Positions 42,705-53,297 of a DNA stretch of 64,000 nucleotides are shown piece after piece. Both the position numbers and the translations under genes were made by a program. Numbering within the stretch: position 1 is the stretch's first letter; the number at the start of each line of letters is the position of its first letter. A model generated the notes under the pieces. It saw nothing but the letters and a program-made list of their open reading frames with translations. It ran no database searches and was not told the origin of the DNA. The stretch lies in NCBI GenBank assembly GCA_963735595.1, contig CAVTLK010000001.1, forward strand, positions 64,001 through 128,000, read 5' to 3'. The DNA is from an uncultured delta proteobacterium (GTDB lineage Bacteria > Desulfobacterota > Zymogenia > Zymogenales > Zymogenaceae).

Positions 42705-43397
42705 TCATCCTTTCTTTGGAAGTTTATCCATCATCTCCTTTACCCTGGATTGGAAGAGCCTTCGGAGGATGTAACCCCGAAGCTCATCGGCCTGCTCGGA
42801 GAGGGTAACGGTGATCCTTATATTCTCGTTCTTGGTTTTGCCGGCAACGATCTTCTTGCGCAGCCTAAGCTCCTCCTCGACGATCTTTTCGCCATGCTCG
42901 ATATAGAAGGTCATATCCCGGATGTCGATCCCCAGCTCCTTACTGCCCCTCATGAGCGTCTTGGCAAACAGCACGTCCTCCTGGTTATAGGGCTTGGTGC
43001 CGCCCTGATTATAGGGGACCAGGATTTTGAGCTTTTCGGCGGTATCCAGGAGCGACTTCTCGATACCGGTTGCCGCCAGAAACTCCTGGCGCGACATGAG
43101 GCGTTGCTCCCCCTCGGTTCGGGGGCGGAAGATAGCGTCTTCAAGTGAGAGGAGGGAGGGGAGGGATATTCCGTTATCCATCCGGCTGATTATGTTCTTG
43201 ATGACCGACAGGGGATAGTATCGTTTTTCCTGAAGCTCTCTGACCAGCGCGATCCGCTCGACGCACGATTCGTCGTAGTAGGCCATTGACTTGTTGACCT
43301 TTGTCGGCTGGGGAAGAAGCCCCTCCTTAACGTAGTATCGTATGGTCGATTGGGGTACGCCGGTGATACGTTCCAGTTCGCTTATTTTGACGGGCAT
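42705..43397 (-). CDS. MerR-family transcriptional regulator
   Basis: KISELERITGVPQSTIRYYVKEGLLP. Confidence 0.92.
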   Translation of the reverse strand: MPVKISELERITGVPQSTIRYYVKEGLLPQPTKVNKSMAYYDESCVERIALVRELQEKRYYPLSVIKNIISRMDNGISLPSLLSLEDAIFRPRTEGEQRLMSRQEFLAATGIEKSLLDTAEKLKILVPYNQGGTKPYNQEDVLFAKTLMRGSKELGIDIRDMTFYIEHGEKIVEEELRLRKKIVAGKTKNENIRITVTLSEQADELRGYILRRLFQSRVKEMMDKLPKKG

Positions 43398-43430
43398 TGG
43401 CTAAAAGCTTAAAGTATAAAGTTGGACTTC

Positions 43431-43459
43431 AAGATAGCGGAAAAGCCCTTAGGTGTCAA
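43431..43459 (-). promoter_or_regulatory. sigma70 promoter of the MerR operon
   Basis: minus strand TTGACA-17 nt-TATCTT. Confidence 0.6.
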
Positions 43460-43739
43460 GGTTTTTTTCTTCATGAGGGTACCGGCGCCACACGCTGTCA
43501 GGCAGGACGGAAGAAAAAAAACTGACGCTGCTCAACATTTTTAGTATTGAAAATTGTCGGCGGGATGTATATAATTCGATCGGGTGAGTGACACTTATTA
43601 AAACATCCGGCGGCCCAACGCACGCTCCCGTGAGGCCGTCACCTCGACGTCCGGGAGCCGGGATGGCCGCATCATCCTTCGAGCCAATCGCACATCCTTA
43701 CTGCGGGTGCGAGATATCTAATATTATTAGGGGACTGAT

Positions 43740-44282
43740 ATGAAAGAACAATCGATCGTCGTCAGGCCGACGTTATCGTATCGGCTCAAGAAGATGGTGG
43801 TCGGGATCGCGCTCCTTGCCCTCGGAGGCACCTTCGAGAAGGTCTCGAAACACAGCGCCGAGCTTAAGGAGGAAATCAAGACTTGGAAGAAGGGAATCGT
43901 TATCTCTCTGGGAGTGCTCCCCAACGGGCCGTCCATCTCGCTCAAGGAGGAAAACGGAACGATCCGCTACCTCGGAAGGGGATATAAGAACCCCGATGTG
44001 AAGATCATATTCAAGAACATGGACAGCGCTTTTTTACCGTTTACCGCCCAGATGGGGTCTCATATCGCCTTTGTCCAGCACCGGGCGATGGTGCATGGCA
44101 GCGTCCTGGACGGGATCAAGGCAAACCGGGCCATGGGAATCGTCCAGGCGTATCTCTTACCCGGTATCGTCTTCAAAAAGGTTTTCAAGCTGCCGCCAAA
44201 GCTGACGCTCAAGCAGAAGCTCTTTAAGCTCTATGTCTACCTCACGATGGGCATCGACATGGCGCTCAACGCGGCCAAGTGA
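43740..44282 (+). CDS. hypothetical protein, possibly SCP2-like lipid-binding fold
   Basis: 180 aa ORF; PDVKIIFKN...RAMVHG resembles SCP2-like pattern. Confidence 0.6.
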   Translation: MKEQSIVVRPTLSYRLKKMVVGIALLALGGTFEKVSKHSAELKEEIKTWKKGIVISLGVLPNGPSISLKEENGTIRYLGRGYKNPDVKIIFKNMDSAFLPFTAQMGSHIAFVQHRAMVHGSVLDGIKANRAMGIVQAYLLPGIVFKKVFKLPPKLTLKQKLFKLYVYLTMGIDMALNAAK

Positions 44283-44348
44283 CCGTGTTCGAATGGAGCC
44301 AATTAAACGATTCTTTTTAATATAATATCCAGATAGGAGATACAAGCG

Positions 44349-45523
44349 ATGTTACCAGACTATTATGAATTTATCTGCCCGGTCAAGATATTAAGCGGCC
44401 TCAAGGCCCTCTCAAACCTTCCCTACGAGCTGACGCTGCTCGGTGCAAAGCGCCCGCTCATCGTCACGGACCAGGGTGTCGTGAAGGCCGGGCTCCTCAA
44501 GCTCGTTACGGAGGCCTTTTCGGAATCCAAGATCAAGCCGGGGGCGATCTTCGACGAAACCCCGCCCGATTCGGGCAGCGCCGTCGTCAACAAGGCTGCC
44601 AAACTCTTCAAGGATAAGAAATGCGATTCGTTTGTAGCCGTCGGCGGCGGGAGCGTCATCGATACGGCCAAGTGCGCCAATATGATCGTGGTGGAAGGCA
44701 CCAGCGACCTGATGAAGTTCCAGGGGGTAGACCGCCTCGAAAAGGATATGAAACCCTTCGTGGTCATCCCGACGACGGCGGGCACCGGGTCGGAGGTCAC
44801 GAGCGCCGCGGTTATCTATGACGAGAATACCCACACGAAAATGGCCTTTACCTCGAGCAAGCTCTTCCCCAAGGCGGCCATACTCGACCCGCGTATGACG
44901 ATGACCATGCCGCCCAAGATCTCCGCGGCCACCGGTATGGACGCCCTCACGCACGCGGCCGAGGCCTACTACTGCCTGGCAAAGAACCCGGTGTCGGACG
45001 CGTTTGCGATCGCCGCGATCAGGCTCATCTTTGGCAACCTGCTCACCACGGTTAAGGAACCGAAAAACAAGGAGGCACGGCTGGCGATGCTCAACGCCTC
45101 GTTGCTTGCCGGCGCAGCGTTTTCCAACTCGCTGGTGGGCGTCGTGCACGGTATCGCCCATGCAACGGGCGGGGTTGCCCGGGTGCCCCACGGGGTGGCC
45201 AATTCTATCCTGCTCCCCTACGGGATGGAGAACAACTTCAAGCGGGTCGGAGCCGATCATCGGCGAGCTCGCTCCCTTCATGGGGATGCCCGTCGACGGG
45301 AAACGCCAAGAAGGACGCCGAGAACGCGGTGGCGGCCGTCAGGAAGCTGGGTAAGCAGCTCAAGGACGCCAGCGGCCTGCCGACGAAGCTCTCGGAGGCC
45401 GGCGTAACCAAGGAGCAGCTTCCCGAGATCGCCAGGTCCGCCATCAACGACGGCTCCTGCACGATCAACCCGGAGGAGATCACCTACGAGGTGGCGCTGG
45501 ATATCCTCAAGAAGGCGTTTTAG
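44349..45523 (+). CDS. iron-containing alcohol dehydrogenase, frameshift near 45250
   Basis: GGGSVIDTAK, PTTAGTGSEVT, DALTHAAE, HGIAH, PHGVAN. Confidence 0.93.
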
Positions 45524-45579
45524 CAGCTCAAAGAAAGCTCCGATTTCCATATTCTTCGGTAGGTATAAAAGAAAGCAAG

Positions 45580-45601
45580 CGGGCGCCTGAAAAGGCGCCC
45601 G
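45580..45601. terminator. hairpin between convergent genes
   Basis: CGGGCGCCT-GAAA-AGGCGCCCG. Confidence 0.65.
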
Positions 45602-45646
45602 TTAGTTTGTGGGAGATTTGTTGGATCCGCGGGTTAATACTCCCGC

Positions 45647-46805
45647 TTACCTCAGCACCTTGGATATCAGCCCGAACCGGCGGTCGGCCGTCTCGGCGCT
45701 GTGGATCTTGAACATTAACGAGCGGATCGGCCGGATGTAGCGGTAGTACGAAGCGACTTTAGCGTATATGGGGTGGGTCTTGATCTCGGCCTCCAGACGG
45801 TTCATGTCCCGGTTCTTCCACGACATTCCCGTCTTGACGTCCCGGGCGAGGATCTGTCCCACGTGGTGCCCGATGAGAAACGACGAGGCGATACCGCTGC
45901 CCCCCTTTGCCTCGACCTGGCCCGCGGAGTCCCCCACCATGACAACGCCGGGGGCGGCCACGAACCGGTCGATGAAGCCGCCCATCGGGATGATCGTGAA
46001 GAGGCGGTAGGTCTCTTTGGTGCCCTTCATCCGGTCGCGAAATACCGGGTGTTTTGCGATAAAACGCTGGAGGAATCCGTCGACCGAGGCGGCGTCGGGA
46101 ATAGGGATACCCCGGGGGGTATTGGGTTTGAAGATAAGAAGCCCGATGTCCGCCCTGCCGTTACCGGACGGGAAGATGTAGCCCACCGACGGCGGGTCGC
46201 CCTCGTGGATATGGGTGAAGTACTCGAGGCGGATGTCGGGATATCGACATGTTTTCCACGCGCAGCTTCAGGATCGGGCAGTCGATCTTTCCCCGTCCGA
46301 TCCCGAGTTCGCGTGAGGTAATCCCCTCGGTTCCATCCGCCCCCACGACGACCCGGGCCCTTATCTCGCGCACGTTTCCCTTGTTCCGTACGCGGACGCC
46401 CGCGACGCGGCCATCCTCCACGATCAGGTCCATCACCTCGGAAGAAAACATGATATCGAGCCCGTTCGCCTTTGCGACGGCGGTCATGTCGTGCATGAAG
46501 GGGGTCCACTCAAAGATGAGGTTCGGATCATCGATGACGCGGTCGATCCACCTCGTGTCGGTCGGGGAATAGTAGCGGCGGCGGTTGGTAACGGCGACGG
46601 TGTTTCGGTCGAAAAATCCCTTGCCGAGGATCGTTTCCATCTCCGGGTTGAAGTGGATCGTTTCCCCTTTAATGGTGTCACCCACGTTCTTCTGGCGCTC
46701 GACCACGAGCACCTGCGCGCCCCGGGCAAGCGCCCCCATGCCGGCGCCGAGTCCGGCGGGGCCGGCCCCGATCACCAGGACATCGACGTGATTTTGCTGG
46801 GTCAT
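45647..46805 (-). CDS. geranylgeranyl-reductase-family FAD oxidoreductase, frameshift near 46235
   Basis: DVLVIGAGPAG, VVGADG, GYIFP, MVGDSAGQV...GGSGI. Confidence 0.85.
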
Positions 46806-46988
46806 ACCATCGGCCTCATTTCTATAATTTGATACAAAAATGAGTATCTCACAGCGGCGGTAAAATAGCGCTAAAAAAGTTGCGCCGGCATAGAAAAAAG
46901 TGATAACAGGATACACACGGGGCGATTCGAATTATAGGACGTAAGACGAGGGTATCGGAGATTGAGGTCAACCAGGAGGGATGCCTGT

Positions 46989-47753
46989 ATGTATATCGAT
47001 AAGCTGAAGCTTGAGAAAAAGACGGCCATTATCACCGGCGGCAGTCGTGGAATCGGCAGGGAGATCGCGCTGGCATTCGCCGAGCTGGGGGCGAACGTCG
47101 TCGTGGCCAGCAGAAAGCTTGCCGACCTGGAGCGGGTAAAAGAGGAGATCGAGGCGGCGGGAGGGGCAGGGCTTGCCGTGGCGGCCCACGTGGGGAAAAC
47201 CGAGGACCTCGAGAACCTCGTGAAATCGACCGTCGACCGGTTCGGGACGGTCGATATCCTGGTGAATAACGCCGCCGTCAATCCGGTGTTCGGGCCGATC
47301 GAGAGCATCGACGAAGCGTTGTTTACCAAGATGATGGATGTCAACGTCAAGGGATATCTCATGTTGTCCCGCATGGCCATGCCCTACATGGAAAAGGCGG
47401 GCGGCGGCTCAATAATCAACATCGCCTCGGTGGAGGGTTTCAAGCCTTCCTACGGCACGGGGCTCTACAGCGTCACGAAGGCCGCCGTTGTCATGCTCAC
47501 GAAGGTGCTGGCCCTGGAATGGGCGGCACGGAAGATCCGGGTCAACTGTATCGCCCCGGGGCTGGTCAGGACGCACTTTTCGGAGTTCCTCTGGAAGAAC
47601 GAGGAGATACTGAAGATATACCTGGAGCATTGCCCCGTACAGCGGATCGGGGAGGCATACGAGATCGCGGGACTGGCGCTCTTCCTGGCCTCCGATCTTG
47701 CCGGTTACACGACCGGATCCGTTTTTACCGCAGACGGCGGGTATCTGATCTGA
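46989..47753 (+). CDS. short-chain dehydrogenase/reductase (DHRS4-like)
   Basis: TGGSRGIG, NNAAVNP, YSVTK, RVNCIAPG. Confidence 0.93.
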   Translation: MYIDKLKLEKKTAIITGGSRGIGREIALAFAELGANVVVASRKLADLERVKEEIEAAGGAGLAVAAHVGKTEDLENLVKSTVDRFGTVDILVNNAAVNPVFGPIESIDEALFTKMMDVNVKGYLMLSRMAMPYMEKAGGGSIINIASVEGFKPSYGTGLYSVTKAAVVMLTKVLALEWAARKIRVNCIAPGLVRTHFSEFLWKNEEILKIYLEHCPVQRIGEAYEIAGLALFLASDLAGYTTGSVFTADGGYLI

Positions 47754-47811
47754 AACCGCATGATAGGGCGTTGAGATTTAGGCTGGTCGGGGGCGGCCGG
47801 TATTTTAGGTA

Positions 47812-47840
47812 TTGACAAAGAAGAGCCGCTTGTGTATCGT
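47812..47840 (+). promoter_or_regulatory. sigma70 promoter of tRNA-Val
   Basis: TTGACA-17 nt-TATCGT. Confidence 0.65.
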
Positions 47841-47850
47841 TGAAAGAAAT

Positions 47851-47925
47851 GGGCGGTTAACTCAGCGGTAGAGTGCCATCCTCACACGGTGGAAGTCACT
47901 GGTTCAAATCCAGTACCGCCTACCA
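47851..47925 (+). tRNA. tRNA-Val(CAC)
   Basis: GGGCGGT acceptor stem, anticodon arm CCATC-CTCACAC-GGTGG, GGTTCAAATCC, 3' CCA. Confidence 0.95.
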
Positions 47926-48225
47926 TCTCAGGATTGAAGAAAGGCCTTTGCGGGGTATACATAATTAGACCTCCGCGGGGCCTTTTTGTTTCCCCGTGGC
48001 AATGTCCGGCGGTCTGCGTTCCAATCCTATCGAAAGATGGGCTGCATTTCGAGCAGTGTTCAATGTTACCGTATCTCTACACGTCCACGAAGCAAATAGA
48101 GGAACAATTCAAGCCGGACATGAAATAGACGAATCGTATCCAAATAATTGAAAAACTATTGAACATCTAACCTATATTATGTATAGTAATGGCCTGAATC
48201 GGCAGAAATCGGACTTATAGGGGGA

Positions 48226-48777
48226 GTGCGGGTGTTGTCTGAGAAGATCCGAATCAATACTCCTGAAGATCTACAAGTCACAAAAGATAATCTTGCCCTG
48301 GACGACGAGGGCATGATTACCTACCTGAGAAAACGCTTTATCCTTACTCCCCAGGACACGTTCAGCGACATGATGAAGGCGGCGGCGGACCTTGGAGGAA
48401 TTAATCTTGCCAAGGTATTCATGCGAAGGGCCGGGTATGAGGCGGCGTACAAGGTCTCCCTGGCGATGATCGAAAACCTGAACATAACGGGTGAAGAGCT
48501 CGTAAGGCACTATACTCGCACCGGCGGAAAGCGGGGGTGGGCGTTTGACGAGGTGGAAGTCATCGATGGTGCAAAAGGCACGTTCCTTTGCAAGGCGTAT
48601 TATTCTCCGTTCGTCATCCGTTTTTCGGGGAAATCGCACGTTTCTGTCTGCGACTTCCTTTCCGGGGCCTTCGAGGCGATGTGCCACGCCGCAGGCTTCA
48701 AGAATATGCGTATTATCGAGACCAAGTGTATAGCAAAGGGAGACGAGGTTTGCGTCTTCGAGAATATGAAAGTATGA
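48226..48777 (+). CDS. V4R domain protein
   Basis: RGW, SPF, VCDFLSG.FE, ETKCIAKGDEVCVF. Confidence 0.85.
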   Translation: MRVLSEKIRINTPEDLQVTKDNLALDDEGMITYLRKRFILTPQDTFSDMMKAAADLGGINLAKVFMRRAGYEAAYKVSLAMIENLNITGEELVRHYTRTGGKRGWAFDEVEVIDGAKGTFLCKAYYSPFVIRFSGKSHVSVCDFLSGAFEAMCHAAGFKNMRIIETKCIAKGDEVCVFENMKV

Positions 48778-49046
48778 TAAGATCCGTTATGTAGTTGCGG
48801 ATCCCTGCTCTGCGATCGGACAGATTGTCTGCTTATTGGGATTCCGGCATCTCCTTCCTGTTATCGTTCGCGCGATTGTCTCATCGGCCGGGCTTGCTTG
48901 CCGTAACCACAGCTTGTTACGTAACGGTACTCTTGTTGTATGAAGGGAACGTACCAACGATACGGCGGACGGCCGCGTATTGATACGATCCGGTTATTCC
49001 GGATCGAAAGTACCGTCTGTTAAACCCGGAACCGGGATATCTACCT

Positions 49047-52000
49047 GTGCCGCCAACACACCAGGGTGAGGTTTTTGTGAATCCCGAGTCATTTGAAAAA
49101 ATCCTGGGTAATCTGCCGGACGGTATGATTGTCCTTGATTCGGCCGGTACCATTCGGTGGATAAACCGCGCTGCACGGGAAATATTAGCCGTCGGTGACA
49201 GTAATACCGTCGGTAAAAAAGCCACTGCTTTACTGGAATCCGAACAAACGCCGGGTTGGTCGGTTTTAATCGAGAGTGTTGTTTCCGGTAGCGCCCCGGA
49301 TCAATACGAGCTTACGATCATTCTGACGGACGAGACGAAGACATACCTCGATATCAGAAGTCAAAAAATAGAATGGGGTTCCGAGAGCGCGCTACTGCTG
49401 ACTATCAGCGACGCCGGTGAGAAGAAAGGGCTTAAGAAAAGCCTTGCGGGGGCGGAAGCCCGGTATCAGGACCTTTCCGACATTGTTGCGGATGCGGTTT
49501 TTACGATTGACCTCAAGGGTAACTTTACGTGGGGCAACCGTGCCATGGAACCGCTGAGCGGATATACTCGAGAGGAATTCATAGGCAGGCACTTTAGTGA
49601 GTTTGTGAAGGCGCAGGACGTGGCGTTTATTACCGGTCTATATACTCAGATGTTCGATACGGGGCAATCGGTGAGAGGGGTAATCCACGAATTCATCAAG
49701 AAAGGCGGGGATATCAGGACGGTCGAGGCATACCTCGGCGTCATCAAAAAGAGGGGAAGGGCGGTCGGCTTCTACGGCTCAATCAGGGACGTAACGGAAT
49801 TGAGGCAAACCTATGGGTCGCTCGCGGAGAGCGAGGAACGGTACCGAACCCTGATCGAAAACCTCAACGACATTATATATACTATTGATGATAACGGGTA
49901 CTTTACCTATGTCAACCCCTCCTTCGAAAGGGTTTTTCGCTTCAGTCCGGAAGAAATCATGGGCAGACACATGGCCACCGTCATCCACCCGGAGGACCTG
50001 TCGGCCACCAAGGAGAGAATCGAGACCGCGGTACACGGGAATCCGGAGTCGTTTGAATTCAGGGCGTATGACAGGGAAGAAGGGCTACATCACATCCAGG
50101 CTTCAGCACGGCCCTTTACAAAAGGCGGAGCTTTTAGGGGTGTGACGGGCATCATGATGGACCTTACACATAGCCGCGAAATGGAGTGCCGTCTTCTCGA
50201 ATCGGAGGAGAAATATCGGCACCTCATCGAAAACGTCAACGACGTTATTTACTCGCTTGATCTGAACGGTAAGATAACCTTCGTAAACTCAGTTGCTGAA
50301 AACCTTTTTGGATATCACCCGGACGAAGTAATCAACAGACGCTTTGCCGACTTTATCTATCCGGATGATATACCTAAGCTAATCGAAGGTTTCAAGAGGT
50401 GGAATCCCCATTTTCATGACAGTCCGAAAAGCGCCGGCGAGCTCCCGGACTTTTTGGCAAGTATACAACATCCCGTCATTGGCCATCTGGGATCGATGGA
50501 ATTCCGGTTGGTCAGGAAAGACGGTGGGTTACGTTATGTGCGGTCTTCGTTTCGGATAATCCTGGAATCGGGAGTCCCGTCGGGAATGTCCGGGGTTCTT
50601 GTGGATATTACTAAAATGAAAGAGATGCAGCGAGAGCTCAGGCAGGCAAAGGTCAGGGCAGAAGAGGCCAATCGCGCCAAGAGCGTATTTTTAGCCAATA
50701 TGTCCCACGAGATCCGGACCCCGATGAACGGGATTCTCGGGTACTCGGAGCTCCTCCTGGACGGAGAACTAAACAACGAGCAGAAGGAATCGGTGAGAAT
50801 CATCCATGAATGCGGTGAGAGCCTGCTCGGCCTCATTAACGAAATTCTGGATCTCTCAAAAATAGAATCGGGGAAGATCGAATTACGGCCTGAATCATTT
50901 TACCTTTACGAGTTCATGAATCGGACGCTTGCCGTGCTCACGCCAAAAGCCCATGAAAAGTGCTTAGCCCTTGATTTCGTTCTGCAGGACGAGTTGCCCG
51001 CGAAGATCGTGACCGATCCAGATAAGCTCAGGCAAGTTATCATAAACCTCGCGGGAAATGCCGTGAAATTTACCGACGAGGGGCAAGTCAAGATCTCGCT
51101 TTCGATGGAATCGTCCGACAGCGGGATAGACTTTCTTACCGTGGCGGTGTCTGATACCGGACCCGGGATACCGGGAGGTAAGCAGCGTGCGATTTTTGAA
51201 CCGTTTACCCAGCTTGACTCTACGGCGGCCAAGAAGAGCGCCGGCACCGGATTGGGCCTCAGCATTACCAAGAAACTGGTTGAGCTGATGGGAGGAACCA
51301 TTCATGTTAACTCAACGGTAGGGAAGGGAACGACATTTACCTTTTCGATTCCCGTGGAAAAGACTGCCCCGGACAAGACCAGAGAGAGGAATCTTAATGA
51401 AGAACATGAGGCCGGAGGAAATATTCTCATCGTTGAAGACGATCTAAATACAAGCAGGTTTTATCAGAGCTTTCTTCTAAGAAATGCGTTTCATGTGATC
51501 ACGACGATACACGGACGTGAGGCGCTTTCACTTGCCGAAACCCACCGTCCCAGACTCATAATCCTGGATATTGTCCTGCCGGACATCTCCGGATGGGAAG
51601 TGCTAACGCTCCTCAAGAAGAACGTAAAGACCGCCGATATCCCCGTACTGGTGATCTCTGTTCTATCGGAAAAGGATAAGGCCATCAGCCTCGGGGCTAT
51701 AGACTACCTTGAGAAGCCGGTTATGGGCAGCGACCTGGTTAGGAGGGTGAGGTTACTGTCGGGTTACCACAAAAAGAAAAAAGAATGCGCCATCCTCGTT
51801 ACCGACCACGACAAAAATTTCCTCGAATTTTATCGGAACATCCCTAAAAGGGGAAGGGTACGTCATCTTTCCGTTTTCCGATTATCAAGAGGCGCACCGA
51901 TTTCTCGCGGAGAAAAAAAAGATCGATATTATTATACACGAAATAGGTTTCTCGGGTAACGCCGGTCTCGATTTGCTAAAATATCTAAAAGAAGATACGG

Positions 52001-52887
52001 ATCTCAGGAACGTGCCGATTATCCTGACAACGGAGAGAGAGTTAGACCGGGATGAGCTTAAGAAACTCCAGGCGATCTCCCGCACGCTCTTGAAGAAAAG
52101 CAGCGTAAATACGGATCGGATGGTACGTGAGATAGAATGGATATTACGGGATCTTAACATTGTCTCTCGGGACCGCGGAGATGCTCCGGTACGAACAACA
52201 AAGAAGGGACGGCCTGTCAGTATACTGCTGGCTGAGGATAATCCTGTTAACCAGAAACTGATTTCAACAATACTTACGCGTGAAGGGTATGCCGTGAGCG
52301 TAGTTGGTGATGGCGCCAAGGCGATACAGGCGCTGAGCGAGGAGACCTTTGACCTCGTTTTGATGGATATCCAGATGCCGAATATGGACGGCAACGAGGC
52401 GGCCAGACAAATAAAAGGAAATCCCTGGTATGAGATGATCCCACTGATTGCCCTGACCGCATTTGCCATGAAGGATGATGAGGTACGTGCGCGGGACGCC
52501 GGATTTAACGGCTATCTCACCAAGCCGGTTAAAAAAGAGGAACTCCTCAGAATCATTACCGATCACCTGACGACATTGGATGCGGCCGACAATAACGAGC
52601 CGGCCGTCCCGGTAGACGAGCTTGCCGAGATCGAGAACGAATACATCAGGAGTCTGCCGGGCCAGCTTGAAAAAATCGTAACTGCTTCAAGCGGACAGGA
52701 TTATGACGGGGTGTACAGAATAGCCCACGACTTGAAGGGAACAGGGGGCGCCTTCGGACAGGAAATGATCAGTACGCTCGGCAAACAGATCGAGAGCGCC
52801 GCCAAAGAAAAGAATAGGGAGAGCCTCGCGTCCCTGCTGGAATCACTCTCGGAAGAGATCCAAAGGATTACGGCACATATTGTCTAA
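49047..52887 (+). CDS. multi-PAS hybrid histidine kinase with three REC-like domains and Hpt, frameshift near 51845
   Basis: four PAS repeats, FLANMSHEIRTPMNG, NAVKFT, GTGLGL, ILDIVLP, LMDIQMP, AHDLKG. Confidence 0.92.
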
Positions 52888-52913
52888 CCGGGTCATATGA
52901 AAAAGGGGGAAAA

Positions 52914-53285
52914 ATGAAAAAGATCTTAGTGGCCGAAGACAGCGAATCATTCCTTAAGCTCCTCGTTTACTGGCTTAAAAAAGACGGCTACGAGACGTTT
53001 ACCGTTCTTCGGGGTGATAAGGTGCTCGAAGCCTTCAGCGAGTGCAAGCCGGACCTTGTGATTCTTGACGGGCTCCTCCCGATGAAAAATGGTTTTGAAG
53101 CGGCAAAGGAGATCAGGGCGCTTCCCGAGGGTAAGAATGTGCCGATAATTCTCCTTACCGGCGTGTATAAGGAATCCGAGTTTTACAAGTACTCACAGCA
53201 GATTGGGGTGAATCTCCACTACGACAAGTCGTCTTTTAACGAGAAGGATTTCCTTCCCCAGGTAAAAAAACTATTAACCGAGTAA
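52914..53285 (+). CDS. single-domain response regulator
   Basis: KILVAEDS, PDLVILDGLLPMKNG. Confidence 0.9.
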   Translation: MKKILVAEDSESFLKLLVYWLKKDGYETFTVLRGDKVLEAFSECKPDLVILDGLLPMKNGFEAAKEIRALPEGKNVPIILLTGVYKESEFYKYSQQIGVNLHYDKSSFNEKDFLPQVKKLLTE

Positions 53286-53297
53286 TGGACAAAACCC

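Noticed and set aside
48780..49046. Riboswitch upstream of the hybrid kinase
   Set aside because: Some hairpins (CGATCCGG/CCGGATCG) but no consensus motif of c-di-GMP or other known riboswitches
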